Shown piece after piece: positions 54,511 to 64,000 of a DNA stretch of 64,000 bases. The translations under genes were made by a program, and so were the position numbers. This stretch comes from Tubulanus polymorphus. Lineage: Eukaryota > Animalia > Nemertea. The stretch is taken from assembly GCF_964204645.1 (NCBI RefSeq), contig NW_027437431.1, positions 124,001-188,000 of the forward strand. Direction: 5' to 3'. Position 1 is the first letter of the stretch. Each line of letters starts with the position of its first letter. Below the pieces are notes generated by a model that searched no databases, was not told where the DNA came from, and saw only the letters and a program-made list of their open reading frames with translations.

Positions 54511-54822
54511 GACTGTTAAAATGATAAATTGTTTTACAGTTAAAATGATAAATTGTTTGACAGTTAAAATGATGAATTGTTTGACGGTTGAAATGATAAA
54601 TTGTTTGGCAGTTGAAATGATAAATTGTTCGACAGTTGAAATGATAAATTGTTTGACAGTTGAAATGATAAATTGTTAGACAGTTAAAATGATAAATTGT
54701 TTGACTGTTGAAATGATAAATTGTTTGACTGTTGAAATGATAAATTGTTTGACAGTTGAAATGATAAATTGTTTGACTGTTGAAATGTTAAATTGTTAGA
54801 CTGTTGAAATGTTAAATTGTTT
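54511..54822 (+). repeat. 24-bp minisatellite x13 within left TIR
   Basis: Consensus GACAGTTGAAATGATAAATTGTTT. Confidence 0.9.
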
Positions 54823-54947
54823 GGCTGTAAATTTAATTGTTATTTGATTTAATCATTTAAAGGTTTAATATTTTTAAAATGATTATAAAATATCTAATTA
54901 AAAACTAGCAAATATTTTATAAACTGTTTAATTTTTCTCTTAAATAA

Positions 54948-55166
54948 ATGGATGGTTTCATCCCAACTGGGAAAAGTGATTTGAAACATTATTTAGTTGC
55001 TGGAGGTTTAATATTGGCAGCATTATATTTTTACTATGAGAATATTTCAAAAGATTTGATGAATGAAAATAATAAATTGAGTAAAAAATTAAAGAAGTTA
55101 AATGGAAACAATCACAGAAATAAAAAGAATAAAAATGTTAATTTAGAAAATGATTTAGAGGACTAA
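54948..55166 (+). CDS. 72-aa small putative membrane protein (left TIR)
   Basis: TAAATAAATG start context; hydrophobic YLVAGGLILAALYFYY segment and basic tail. Confidence 0.5.
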   Translation: MDGFIPTGKSDLKHYLVAGGLILAALYFYYENISKDLMNENNKLSKKLKKLNGNNHRNKKNKNVNLENDLED

Positions 55167-55204
55167 AACAGCATCTTTTAATTTCATATATTTTGACTAT
55201 AAAA

Positions 55205-55507
55205 ATGAGTGAAAATATATTCAACTTATTACATCTAATATATAAAAATCAACAGAATATTAAATCAATTATTATGCTTACAGGTTTATTTTCTTTTTCA
55301 ATTTATAGTATAAAACAGTTGTTAGAATTCTATGATAGCTGTAAAATTAGATATACAGAATTGAAAGATAACATAAATTATATTTCAGATAGATTGAATA
55401 ATATTAAATGCTGTGAAATATGCAATAAAAGATATAAAAATAAAAAGAGTTTAAAAACTCATAAATATATTCATGAATTAGATGATAAACTGTATAATTC
55501 AAATTAA
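55205..55507 (+). CDS. Small protein with a hydrophobic segment and a C-terminal C2H2 zinc finger
   Basis: CEICNKRYKNKKSLKTHKYIH. First ATG at 55205 (track start TTG 55193). Crosses the inner TIR boundary at 55370. Confidence 0.55.
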   Translation: MSENIFNLLHLIYKNQQNIKSIIMLTGLFSFSIYSIKQLLEFYDSCKIRYTELKDNINYISDRLNNIKCCEICNKRYKNKKSLKTHKYIHELDDKLYNSN

Positions 55508-55612
55508 GCAATAGACTGTTAAATTGGTTGAACATATAAAAATAGATAATATTATAACTATTTCAATATTTAGATTAATAATTTATATTTATGATTTTTA
55601 TAAAAACTAATC

Positions 55613-55720
55613 TATATATCTATGTACTAGACGTACGAGTAAGAAAGTAAGATTCTTGCCAAGAAAGTAAGAAAGTAAGATTTCTTGGATTCTTACGTAC
55701 GTCTAGTACATAGATATATA
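55613..55720. repeat. Perfect 25-bp inverted repeat enclosing AAGAAAGT repeats
   Basis: TATATATCTATGTACTAGACGTACG (55613-55637) / CGTACGTCTAGTACATAGATATATA (55696-55720). Confidence 0.85.
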
Positions 55721-56413
55721 AATAGTTTTATCATATATATTTCTGTTTCAATATTTATTTATCTATCTCACAGATTTATTATAAATATTTGGAAAAGTAT
55801 AAATCATATTAAATTATATATTTACATTTATCATAATTAACAGAGTAATACAATGAACCCGCTAGATTGTTAAACTGTTTAAGTATTGAATTGTGTAGAT
55901 TGTATATTCATAAACTAAATGATAAATCACGAATAAGACTGTTAAATTAGCTGAAAATATAAAATATTGGTATGAAATATTAGTTAATTGAAAAAGGGGG
56001 TTGAGGTATCAATGTATTAAATACGTATTAAATACGTATCAAATACGTATTAATGGTATTAAATACGTATTAATGGTATTAAATACATATTAGGCTTTAT
56101 TTCTGAAAATGAAGTAACAGAAGCAATTTATGTTTTAATTCATTCAAGTATGATATTTTAAATTCTTTACATTTGACTAGGATAATACAAGAGTGATATT
56201 AGTTAGTTGGCTTATTCAATAAGAGAAACAATGAAATAATACTAGAGTGATACTAACAGTTAAAGTTATTGATATTCTTGTTAAATCTATTTGAATTCTA
56301 GTCAATTCTTGTTAACCAATAGCGCGAATAGAAATCAAATAGATTTGAATAAAAAAACAATAATTTAAATAAGTTAGTATTAGATAAAGTAACTTATTGT
56401 TTTTTTATTCAGA

Positions 56414-56602
56414 TCATATCTTCATATCTTTCAATTCTGTATATCTAATTTTACAGCTATCATAGAATTCTAACAACTGTTTTATACTATAAATTGAAAA
56501 AGAAAATAAACCTGTAAGCATAATAATTGATTTAATATTCTGTTGATTTTTATATATTAGATGTAATAAGTTGAATATATTTTCACTCATTTTTATAGTC
56601 AA
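56414..56602 (-). pseudogene. Right-TIR copy of the C2H2 ORF, truncated at the TIR boundary
   Basis: Identical up to YTELKD, then diverges and stops; lacks the zinc finger. Confidence 0.65.
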
Positions 56603-56628
56603 AATATATGAAATTAAAAGATGCTGTT

Positions 56629-56847
56629 TTAATCCTCTAAATCATTTTCTAAATTAACATTTTTATTCTTTTTATTTCTGTGATTGTTTCCATTTAACTT
56701 CTTTAATTTTTTACTCAATTTATTATTTTCATTCATCAAATCTTTTGAAATATTCTCATAGTAAAAATATAATGCTGCCAATATTAAACCTCCAGCAACT
56801 AAATAATGTTTCAAATCACTTTTCCCAGTTGGGATGAAACCATCCAT
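56629..56847 (-). CDS. 72-aa small putative membrane protein (right TIR)
   Basis: Protein identical to 54948-55166. Confidence 0.5.
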   Translation of the reverse strand: MDGFIPTGKSDLKHYLVAGGLILAALYFYYENISKDLMNENNKLSKKLKKLNGNNHRNKKNKNVNLENDLED

Positions 56848-56972
56848 TTATTTAAGAGAAAAATTAAACAGTTTATAAAATATTTGCTAGTTTTTAATTA
56901 GATATTTTATAATCATTTTAAAAATATTAAACCTTTAAATGATTAAATCAAATAACAATTAAATTTACAGCC

Positions 56973-57284
56973 AAACAATTTAACATTTCAACAGTCTAAC
57001 AATTTAACATTTCAACAGTCAAACAATTTATCATTTCAACTGTCAAACAATTTATCATTTCAACAGTCAAACAATTTATCATTTCAACAGTCAAACAATT
57101 TATCATTTTAACTGTCTAACAATTTATCATTTCAACTGTCAAACAATTTATCATTTCAACTGTCGAACAATTTATCATTTCAACTGCCAAACAATTTATC
57201 ATTTCAACCGTCAAACAATTCATCATTTTAACTGTCAAACAATTTATCATTTTAACTGTAAAACAATTTATCATTTTAACAGTC
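56973..57284 (-). repeat. 24-bp minisatellite x13 within right TIR
   Basis: Mirror of 54511-54822. Confidence 0.9.
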
Positions 57285-57336
57285 TATTAGATATTTAAAT
57301 CATTTAACTCAATTCAATAATTATAATGTAGAATTG

Positions 57337-58038
57337 TTACTCTTTACGCCAGTTTTTATGTTTAATTGTTTCATAATGCTTTGATTTATGTGATTTTAAA
57401 TATTTACCTCCGCAATAACAATGCACTTTTTCATTAGGATTGAATTTTCTAAATTCATCATCTAAATTACATTGAACTGCAATATCTTTAAATGATTTTT
57501 CATTATCTAATTCACATTGAATGCCAATATTTGATGAATTTTCATTATAGATAATTTGTTTATTATCAAAATTGAAATAATATAATTGTCTTTTTTCAAT
57601 TCTTAAGTTAATCAAATCATTGTAATCTTTTGAAAGTATTATATCATCATTTCTTTCATTGAAAGGAGTTTTAAGAATATTAATTATGTTTTCATCTAAA
57701 GTTCCTTTAAAATTTAAAACTGTATTGAATACTTTAGGATTTTTAACACCATTATCAAAAGTATCTACTAGTTCAGTGAGTAAATATGTTTCATTTGATA
57801 ATATTTGATTAATCATAGTTATGTTATCGATTTTATAATGTCTTGCGGACACTAAATTTGTTGCTGAAATATAATTTTTAATGTAAAACTGTGAAAATGA
57901 TTTATTGGTTTCATTGATTTCGATTTTAAAGTTGGGTTCTTCTTCTTCTGTCTTCATTTCAATAACAAAACTTTTATCAAAATGAATCCAACGCATATAA
58001 ATATAAATATTCAATGATTTATGAATTATTTCACTCAC
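57337..58038 (-). CDS. Hypothetical protein with C-terminal CxCGG..H..H zinc-finger-like motif (true start probably ATG 57996 or 57957)
   Basis: Intact ORF ending HCYCGGKYLKSHKSKHYETIKHKNW, a motif type common in large DNA virus and Polinton proteins. Confidence 0.55.
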   Translation of the reverse strand: MSEIIHKSLNIYIYMRWIHFDKSFVIEMKTEEEEPNFKIEINETNKSFSQFYIKNYISATNLVSARHYKIDNITMINQILSNETYLLTELVDTFDNGVKNPKVFNTVLNFKGTLDENIINILKTPFNERNDDIILSKDYNDLINLRIEKRQLYYFNFDNKQIIYNENSSNIGIQCELDNEKSFKDIAVQCNLDDEFRKFNPNEKVHCYCGGKYLKSHKSKHYETIKHKNWRKE

Positions 58039-58213
58039 ACTTTTTTCTAGCGAGTAAAAATGAAAAATAAATTCGAGCGTGTGAGAATTTATTTTTAATT
58101 TTTATGAGTTTCGCGAGTAATTCAAGTAGAAATTGTTATTATTTTTATGTTTTTCATTTTTTACGAGCTCGACCCTTCGACCTTTGATCTGAAAGCCCAT
58201 TACCCCTATTACT

Positions 58214-58938
58214 GTTGTTGTATCGGCAGGCTGGCTGAAAATGTTTGCACTAGTATTGTCATCTGCGAAATCGAAACAATCATCGTCAGTTACATTGTAT
58301 GCAAATCCAAGCACATAATCTTTTGAAATTTGAATTGGTTCATTAGTAGGATTCACAATAGTAGCGAAAATTTTACCGTCCGTGATTTTGCATAATGTTT
58401 TACCTCCACCTAAACATTTATTCAATAACTTGTGGTTGTATGGTTCAAAAACAACCAATGAACCTTCCGCCAACGTATCGACACTTATTTGAACTATTTG
58501 TTTAGTATTTGGTGAAATAACTATCATGTTAACCGTTTTAGCTTTATTTCTGTACAGCTCTTGTTTATTCCTAAGAATCTTTAATGGAATCGAAACATCT
58601 TTAAATTCAATTGTGCCTGATGCAAAGTCAATGTTTACATTGTTTTCCTTCAAAAAATCCAGTCCTAGAATGACATCTGTATGTAGCCTATCGAATACAT
58701 AAAAATTATGCGTTAATACATGAGATTGAATGCAAATGGGTACATCAATTCTACCAATTACTGAATGTGCTTCCCCACAAACTCCTCTAATAATGTTTAT
58801 ATCCGAATGACTATATATGGGATTTTTGATACACCTTTCGACCGTTGATCTAGCAATACATGAAATTGATGCACCTGTATCGACTAATGCTCGTTGGGAG
58901 TGTTTATTAATATCAACGTTTATAATATTCCGATTCAA
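58214..58938 (-). pseudogene. Retropepsin-type aspartic protease fragment (Ty3/Gypsy-like pol), interrupted by the Polinton-like element
   Basis: ALVDTGASISCI active site and VILGLDFL motif. The last ~37 aa of the track ORF are read-through into the TIR. Confidence 0.8.
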
Positions 58939-60045
58939 CCCTGAAACTAAGCTTATATCAATCGCATTGATATCAGGTACCCATAATCGAGATGCTTCTT
59001 TGCGACAAACATCCTTACTACAATCACAGGCACTTGAATATGGGCTTTGATAATGGATGAATATTTGATAATTTACCAGCGATACGTCAATCCTACTTTA
59101 ATAGATCCGCCATGTTTTAAAATAAATTTACCCATGATGCAACGCGCGCCGGTCGTTTAGCTATACTATACAGAAAGGCTGGAAACGATCCTATCTCCGT
59201 AATGCTTAAATCTACCCGCAGTTATCGGGACAGCCGAACACTGCCGATGATTGCCGAAGTACGTCCTTAGTGTCAATTTTAATCCTGAAATATAGGAGCG
59301 CCCATAATTTCAATTGTAGATGATTTTTTGGAAACATTGACACTGTTTTAGCTCCATTAAAGATTTTAAATGGCAACAAAATTGATTTTTGAAAATTCGC
59401 GATGCCTCTTCGGGATTGCTGTGACGTCATCTGTCCCGATAATCCCGTGAATAAGGAAATATACCTATCAATATATATATACATATATATATCTATTTTC
59501 TTTGCATCATTGATCAATAAGCTATATACCTGTATATTAACTCATTGTTAAATTTGACAAAATAAAAATAAAAAATCAATTCTCAGAAAACGAGCACAAT
59601 TCGACCAGATTCGTGACTTGAATAGATTCATATGAAAGTTTGAAATCTCACTGAATCTCATTGAATGGTGCTAAATCGGAAAACTGGAATCGAATGAAGC
59701 TAAGGGAGCCACCGAAAACCGAACAAAACCAGAATGTCCACACAACTAAAACTAAAAAGTACATTGAACTAGCAACTGATAATATTCTCATTATATATCA
59801 TGGGAGGAAGCTAAGTTATGTAATATCTCGGATGTATGTAATTCGCTTCTGTGGTCAGTGGACAGCAGCTACGAAACATCAGGTATGGTACTAGCTGTCA
59901 AGAACATGGCCATGATCTGTTGTCAACGGCTACAGGAAACGTGCGACTCGATACTGTACACAGTTTGTAGCATGATCTTGCGTAGACTGGCTCAAAATAG
60001 GCCTTTAGGTTGGTTTCCCCTTGGTAAAACTGAGCGAGATTATAT

Positions 60046-60415
60046 CAGGCCCGTAACCAGGGAGGGGGGAGGAGGCAGGGCACCTCCACACAAAATCTAG
60101 AAATCCACTATTTTTTGTCAAAGAAAATTTCTCAAGACTTGATTTCACGTCTCTCTTCTCTCGCTTGCCCACATTCATATAACTATGATATGGATATAGC
60201 CCGTTATAAAAAATAGCCAGTCTCCATAAACGAAGGATGAGACTCCAGTATATGTTATTGGAGTAAGACCTACTTAATACAAACTTATTCTGAATATGTT
60301 TCGAGGATCAATTACATTTTTTTCAATGCGCTCGCATTGGCCACGGACGCAATCAAATAAGTTCCACCCTCTTTAAATTTAAACCCACCCAAAAGAGAGG
60401 CTGCGTACGGGCCTG
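60046..60415. mobile_element. MITE / non-autonomous DNA transposon
   Basis: TIRs CAGGCCCGTA / TACGGGCCTG, flanked on both sides by TATAT. Confidence 0.65.
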
Positions 60416-60768
60416 TATATCTCTTGTTATCTTATTCCATGACAGTGAATGAATGTTTAGACCATCTAATCTTTATAGCGTGTTAAATTTCGATGAAAGT
60501 ATATTATTAATTATGGCTATATTTTGAGAGAAACATACAACAGTATTGAAAAAGTATTCAACCCCAGTGCAATTTCTCAAAATCAAACTTGTTTTCTAGG
60601 ACTTAGATAAACCACTAGTTTTAAATTTTGACCTGAAGGTGAATACATTAGATTTTTTTGTACATTTCAATTCTCCATTAAGTAAACCACCAATCAAGAG
60701 TCAAAATTTGTGTAAATGAGGTTTCATTTTGAGCTCCAGATTGCCGCTCGCCGCTACGCCGCTCGCCG

Positions 60769-61408
60769 CTACCGCGTCCCCATTGATTGAAGAGGTTTGT
60801 CGAGGCTTTCTTGCGGTATACCATCGTTTAGTATATAATTAACTGAGGGCCTAGGACGCCGGCTAGGGATAGGACGCCTACTGCGCCAAGTCAGCTGTAG
60901 TTTCCCATCTATGGCTTCTTGATCAATAACGCGTTCCTCCAGTAATTTGAACAGGGCATTTTCTACATTAGTGTTCGTACCTGATGACTTCAACGACTTA
61001 ACCGATTTTTCGACATCGCTTATCTTTATGGTAAACTCATTTCGTAACTGGCCTACGACAGAATCAATTCTAAAATCGATAGTTTTTTCAATCTCGGATC
61101 TGGAGTGTTGGATCTCCTCTCTCAGTAGGTTGAACTTCCTATCGATTTTCTTTTCGATGGTTTTTTCATCCCCCTGATCTCATATAGCACATCGTTCAAT
61201 GTAAGCGCATCCTCGTCGTCGCTGTAGTCCGATGCTTATTCATTTTCCGAGGAAATTGGTTCATCTGGAGCGTTCTGGACGGTAACGACTTTTTAGCGGG
61301 AGGGGTGTTATTTGCCCCAAATGAGCCACGTTTTGAACTTTTGGTCGACTGAGTTTGCGGAGTATTATGGTTTTTACCTTTGTCCTTTTTCCCGTTTGCA
61401 GGCATCAC
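60769..61408 (-). pseudogene. Fragmented LINE ORF1-like (basic N-terminus + coiled coil) sequence
   Basis: Basic low-complexity N-terminus (KKDKGK..TPPAKK), then a heptad-like stretch (EKKIDRKFNLLREEIQ..ISDVEKSVKSL) broken by frameshift/stop. Assignment is tentative. Confidence 0.35.
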
Positions 61409-61788
61409 GAAATAAACGGTAATACTGCTTGTGAAGAGATTTCTAGTGCATTCACTACTTAGTTTCGAGCGGGTTTATAGCTTCATTCATGCGTGACGGA
61501 ATTTCGCCTATGTCGCGTCTATTGGTAATGATCGGGTCTGCAATGGCGAGAATTACTAAGTCCAATAGCGAATAAAATCACGAAGTTTTCTAATGTATTT
61601 TACAAGTCACCATATTGCGCAAAACTCACAAAATTCATGCATACACATCTCCCGAGATTTACGTACTTTCTCTTGTCCAATCCTTGTGAGTGTCAGATGT
61701 CATATCAAAGGAATTTTGCAAATATTTTCGGACGACATACACACTTTGCGTCTACATACACGCCGCCATTTTGCCCAGGATTTTGCTC

Positions 61789-61905
61789 AGGATTGTAGAT
61801 ATAGATATTGTCTACGAGTAGAATCGGTCGACAATTAGGATTGTAGACATAGTCGACGAGTAAAATCGGTCGACAATCAGGATTGTAGACATTGTTGACG
61901 AGTAA
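61789..61905 (+). repeat. ~42-bp imperfect tandem repeat x3
   Basis: AGGATTGTAGACAT..GTCGACGAGTAAAATCGGTCGACAAT units. Confidence 0.7.
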
Positions 61906-62660
61906 ATGGGGCTAATTCTCCAGCATTACGTCATAATGCTCGGGATTCCATGAGAAGAGATCACTTCCGGAGTCACTGAGGTCCAACTTCCTTGTGGGTG
62001 ACGGACCTATTTTGAGAGTGCTCTCATCAAAATTATTTTGGTTCGTTATCGGTGGTCATCTACTGTTGTAAGGTGAAAAATATTATATATTTATATTTGT
62101 TTACTTTTTCTTTACCTACTGTTGTAAGGTATGTTTATGCCATGGCGGCTCATAATAAATTAGATTTACTTGACATTGGGTCAGAAATTACGGTCGCCAA
62201 TGAGGACGAGTCAGCTTGTTCTGCTGGTCTTGTGGCTGACGAAATGTCGGTTCAACAGGCTATTGATAAAGGACGGAGTCAGTCTTTTCTCCTTCTGTCT
62301 GACTATTATGGGTCTTCAAATAAGAACACTCAGGCTGTAAGTGTTGATAAAAAAGATAAGGACAAAGCCGCTAAACTGAAAGTTATTCCTAAAATTGCTC
62401 GTCGAGTTGTTAGGTCAAAAAGCTCAGGTTCAGCTCAACCAGAGACTTTATCTGAAAGTCATGTCGATCCTGTTATAACAGAGTTTTTAGAGATGAAAAA
62501 GAGACCTGAGGCTTTAGAGTCTTAATATTTGCAAAATGATTATGATCGGTTACAGGATCATTGTATACGAGTATATCAATATGGCGGCTTAGAGTCAGAC
62601 GCACAAATTTCGTGCTCGTTATATTTTCTCAATAATCGTTGTCCAAGTGATCGTAAGACA

Positions 62661-64000
62661 ATGGATGCTGTGCAAGAATCGTTATTAATAAGAGAGAATT
62701 CTGTTAAATTCAGCCTCAGTCAGTTTGGGAAGCAGAAGTTAGGACATCTGGATGTAGTAAATGCGTTAGCGAAATATAAAATTGACGTGAGTAAAATCCT
62801 GTCGATTCAGTTAACTAACTCTAACTGTATAATCACAGCCACTGACAAGGAAACAAAAAATCGTTTATCAAAGCTCCAACTTGTTATCATGGATCGGCAA
62901 GTTAATTTCACCGATGTGGATGTTAATTACATTAATGTTAAGATAGTTGACGCTCCGATTGAAATGGACGACAAGGTGATCGTTGCGTTTTTATTGAAAT
63001 ACGGAGATTACGTGGACGGATCAATTAAAAGAGGTGTCATAAAAGGAACTCAGATATTTACAGGTACAAGGTATCTCCAGCTTCGTAACCTTGCAAACGT
63101 TATGCCGACATTTACAAAAATTGGAAATTTTCCAGTGAGATTGGATTGCGACTCTATATGTCATCTCTGTCTGAATTGTGATCACAATTCTTCAAATTGC
63201 CCGCGCCGACCGAACAATCGTTTATGTCACAACTGTAAATCGGCAGATCATTTTAAACGCGATTGTCCGTTGTTGAATGACCATGCTAAACAAGAGAGTA
63301 TTGGTCACCCGGTCACTGAAAGAGCTAATCTCCCAGGACCTGAAAGCACGCAAACAAGTGTAGAATCCGATAGAAACCAATCGCCTGATGTTGTCATTAT
63401 TGGAGATTCGAACATGCGAGATCTCCAGTATCCACATAGTAGCAGCGCTGTCATCCACCATTCTGGAGCAGCCGCTGAAAATATTCAGTCGCTTTTAGAA
63501 AAAGCATCATCCCAAATACCGAATCTAGAATCCGTTAAGGAGGTCATCGTTCACATTGGTACCAATGACGTCAATCGCAACAAGTCCGATACCGATGCTA
63601 TCAAAATGAACATTACCTTCGCCATCGCCAAAGTTCAGGAAAACTTTCCTTCCGCAAAAATATCACTTTCAAGTATCTTCCCTAAGAAAGGGAACTCAAA
63701 CGCTGCGAGGGATTTCAATACTGCCGCCTGCGCAGTTAATTCATACATGGGGCGATTCTGCTCCAAACAGAACATCCTATTCATTGATAATGACATCATT
63801 CTGAAACCCCACGGGGCTTTAAGAGATAGGTTTTACAACATTAGTGACAAATCGGGGATTCATTTGAACGAACTCGGGAAATCAACTGTTGCGAAGAACT
63901 TTGAATCGATGATCACTGCGATTACTACTGAAAACCACACTGAAGTTTTCAGTACCCCTGTGAATACAACGAAAAGAAAAGATCGATCTGAATCACAGAC
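62661..64000 (+). CDS. Non-LTR retrotransposon ORF1 (RRM-like region, two CCHC zinc knuckles, SGNH esterase); 3'-partial
   Basis: Manual translation is open from ATG 62661 to the window end (probably missing from the ORF track because no stop is reached). Motifs: DAPIEMDDKVIVAFLLKYG..TGTRYL, CHLCLNCDHNSSNC, CHNCKSADHFKRDC, IIGDSN, HIGTNDV, DKSGIHLN. Confidence 0.85.
   Translation, partial: MDAVQESLLIRENSVKFSLSQFGKQKLGHLDVVNALAKYKIDVSKILSIQLTNSNCIITATDKETKNRLSKLQLVIMDRQVNFTDVDVNYINVKIVDAPIEMDDKVIVAFLLKYGDYVDGSIKRGVIKGTQIFTGTRYLQLRNLANVMPTFTKIGNFPVRLDCDSICHLCLNCDHNSSNCPRRPNNRLCHNCKSADHFKRDCPLLNDHAKQESIGHPVTERANLPGPESTQTSVESDRNQSPDVVIIGDSNMRDLQYPHSSSAVIHHSGAAAENIQSLLEKASSQIPNLESVKEVIVHIGTNDVNRNKSDTDAIKMNITFAIAKVQENFPSAKISLSSIFPKKGNSNAARDFNTAACAVNSYMGRFCSKQNILFIDNDIILKPHGALRDRFYNISDKSGIHLNELGKSTVAKNFESMITAITTENHTEVFSTPVNTTKRKDRSESQ

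Larger units (their letters stand above)
53582..58213. mobile_element. Non-autonomous Polinton/Maverick-like element, 4632 bp, with 1789-bp TIRs and 6-bp TSD
   Basis: Starts AGTAAT and ends ATTACT. Flanked by GTTGTT direct repeats (53576-53581, 58214-58219). TIRs 53582-55370 and 56425-58213 are near-identical. AG...CT termini, long TIRs and a 6-bp TSD are Polinton hallmarks. No pPolB or integrase inside. Confidence 0.8.

Noticed and set aside
54511-54822. 24-bp repeats as a CRISPR array
   Set aside because: Contiguous tandem units without unique spacers; no cas genes; eukaryotic context.
58102-58213. C-terminal part of the 278-aa protease ORF as a real fusion protein
   Set aside because: Chance read-through into the TIR past the TSD.
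60743-60775. GCCGCTCGCCGCTAC repeats resembling the viral hairpin loop (possible Rep target)
   Set aside because: 10 kb from the junction, short and low-complexity; no supporting link.
59212-62525. Assorted 70-157 aa ORFs (59212, 59661, 59858, 60947, 61593, 62052)
   Set aside because: No recognisable motifs, several non-ATG starts, repeat-rich context. 62052-62525 may be a TE fragment but cannot be assigned.

Overview
Eukaryotic, AT-rich, transposon-dense DNA (probably an invertebrate; host not identifiable from the sequence). Positions 1-50430 are a head-to-tail array of about 14.8 nearly identical copies of a 3406-bp unit. The unit looks like the complete genome of a small circular ssDNA virus. 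It has two same-strand genes: (i) a 360-aa capsid protein whose N-terminus is a parvovirus VP1u-type phospholipase A2, fused to a short (265-aa) CRESS/circovirus-sized capsid domain, and (ii) a 467-aa HUH-endonuclease/SF3-helicase Rep with CRESS-type rolling-circle motifs. It also has a small overlapping ORF and a ~700-bp intergenic region rich in iterons and hairpins. The array ends abruptly inside this intergenic region at 50430 and joins decayed Polinton/Maverick-like sequence (minor-capsid-like pseudogene, Polinton-type terminus). Further right are a 4632-bp non-autonomous Polinton-like element (1789-bp gene-containing TIRs, 6-bp TSD GTTGTT) inserted in a retrotransposon protease ORF beside a tRNA-Val fragment, several MITEs, and LINE ORF1 sequences, including an intact RRM-CCHC-esterase ORF1 that runs off the window end. 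All family assignments are by motif recognition only; no searches were run.
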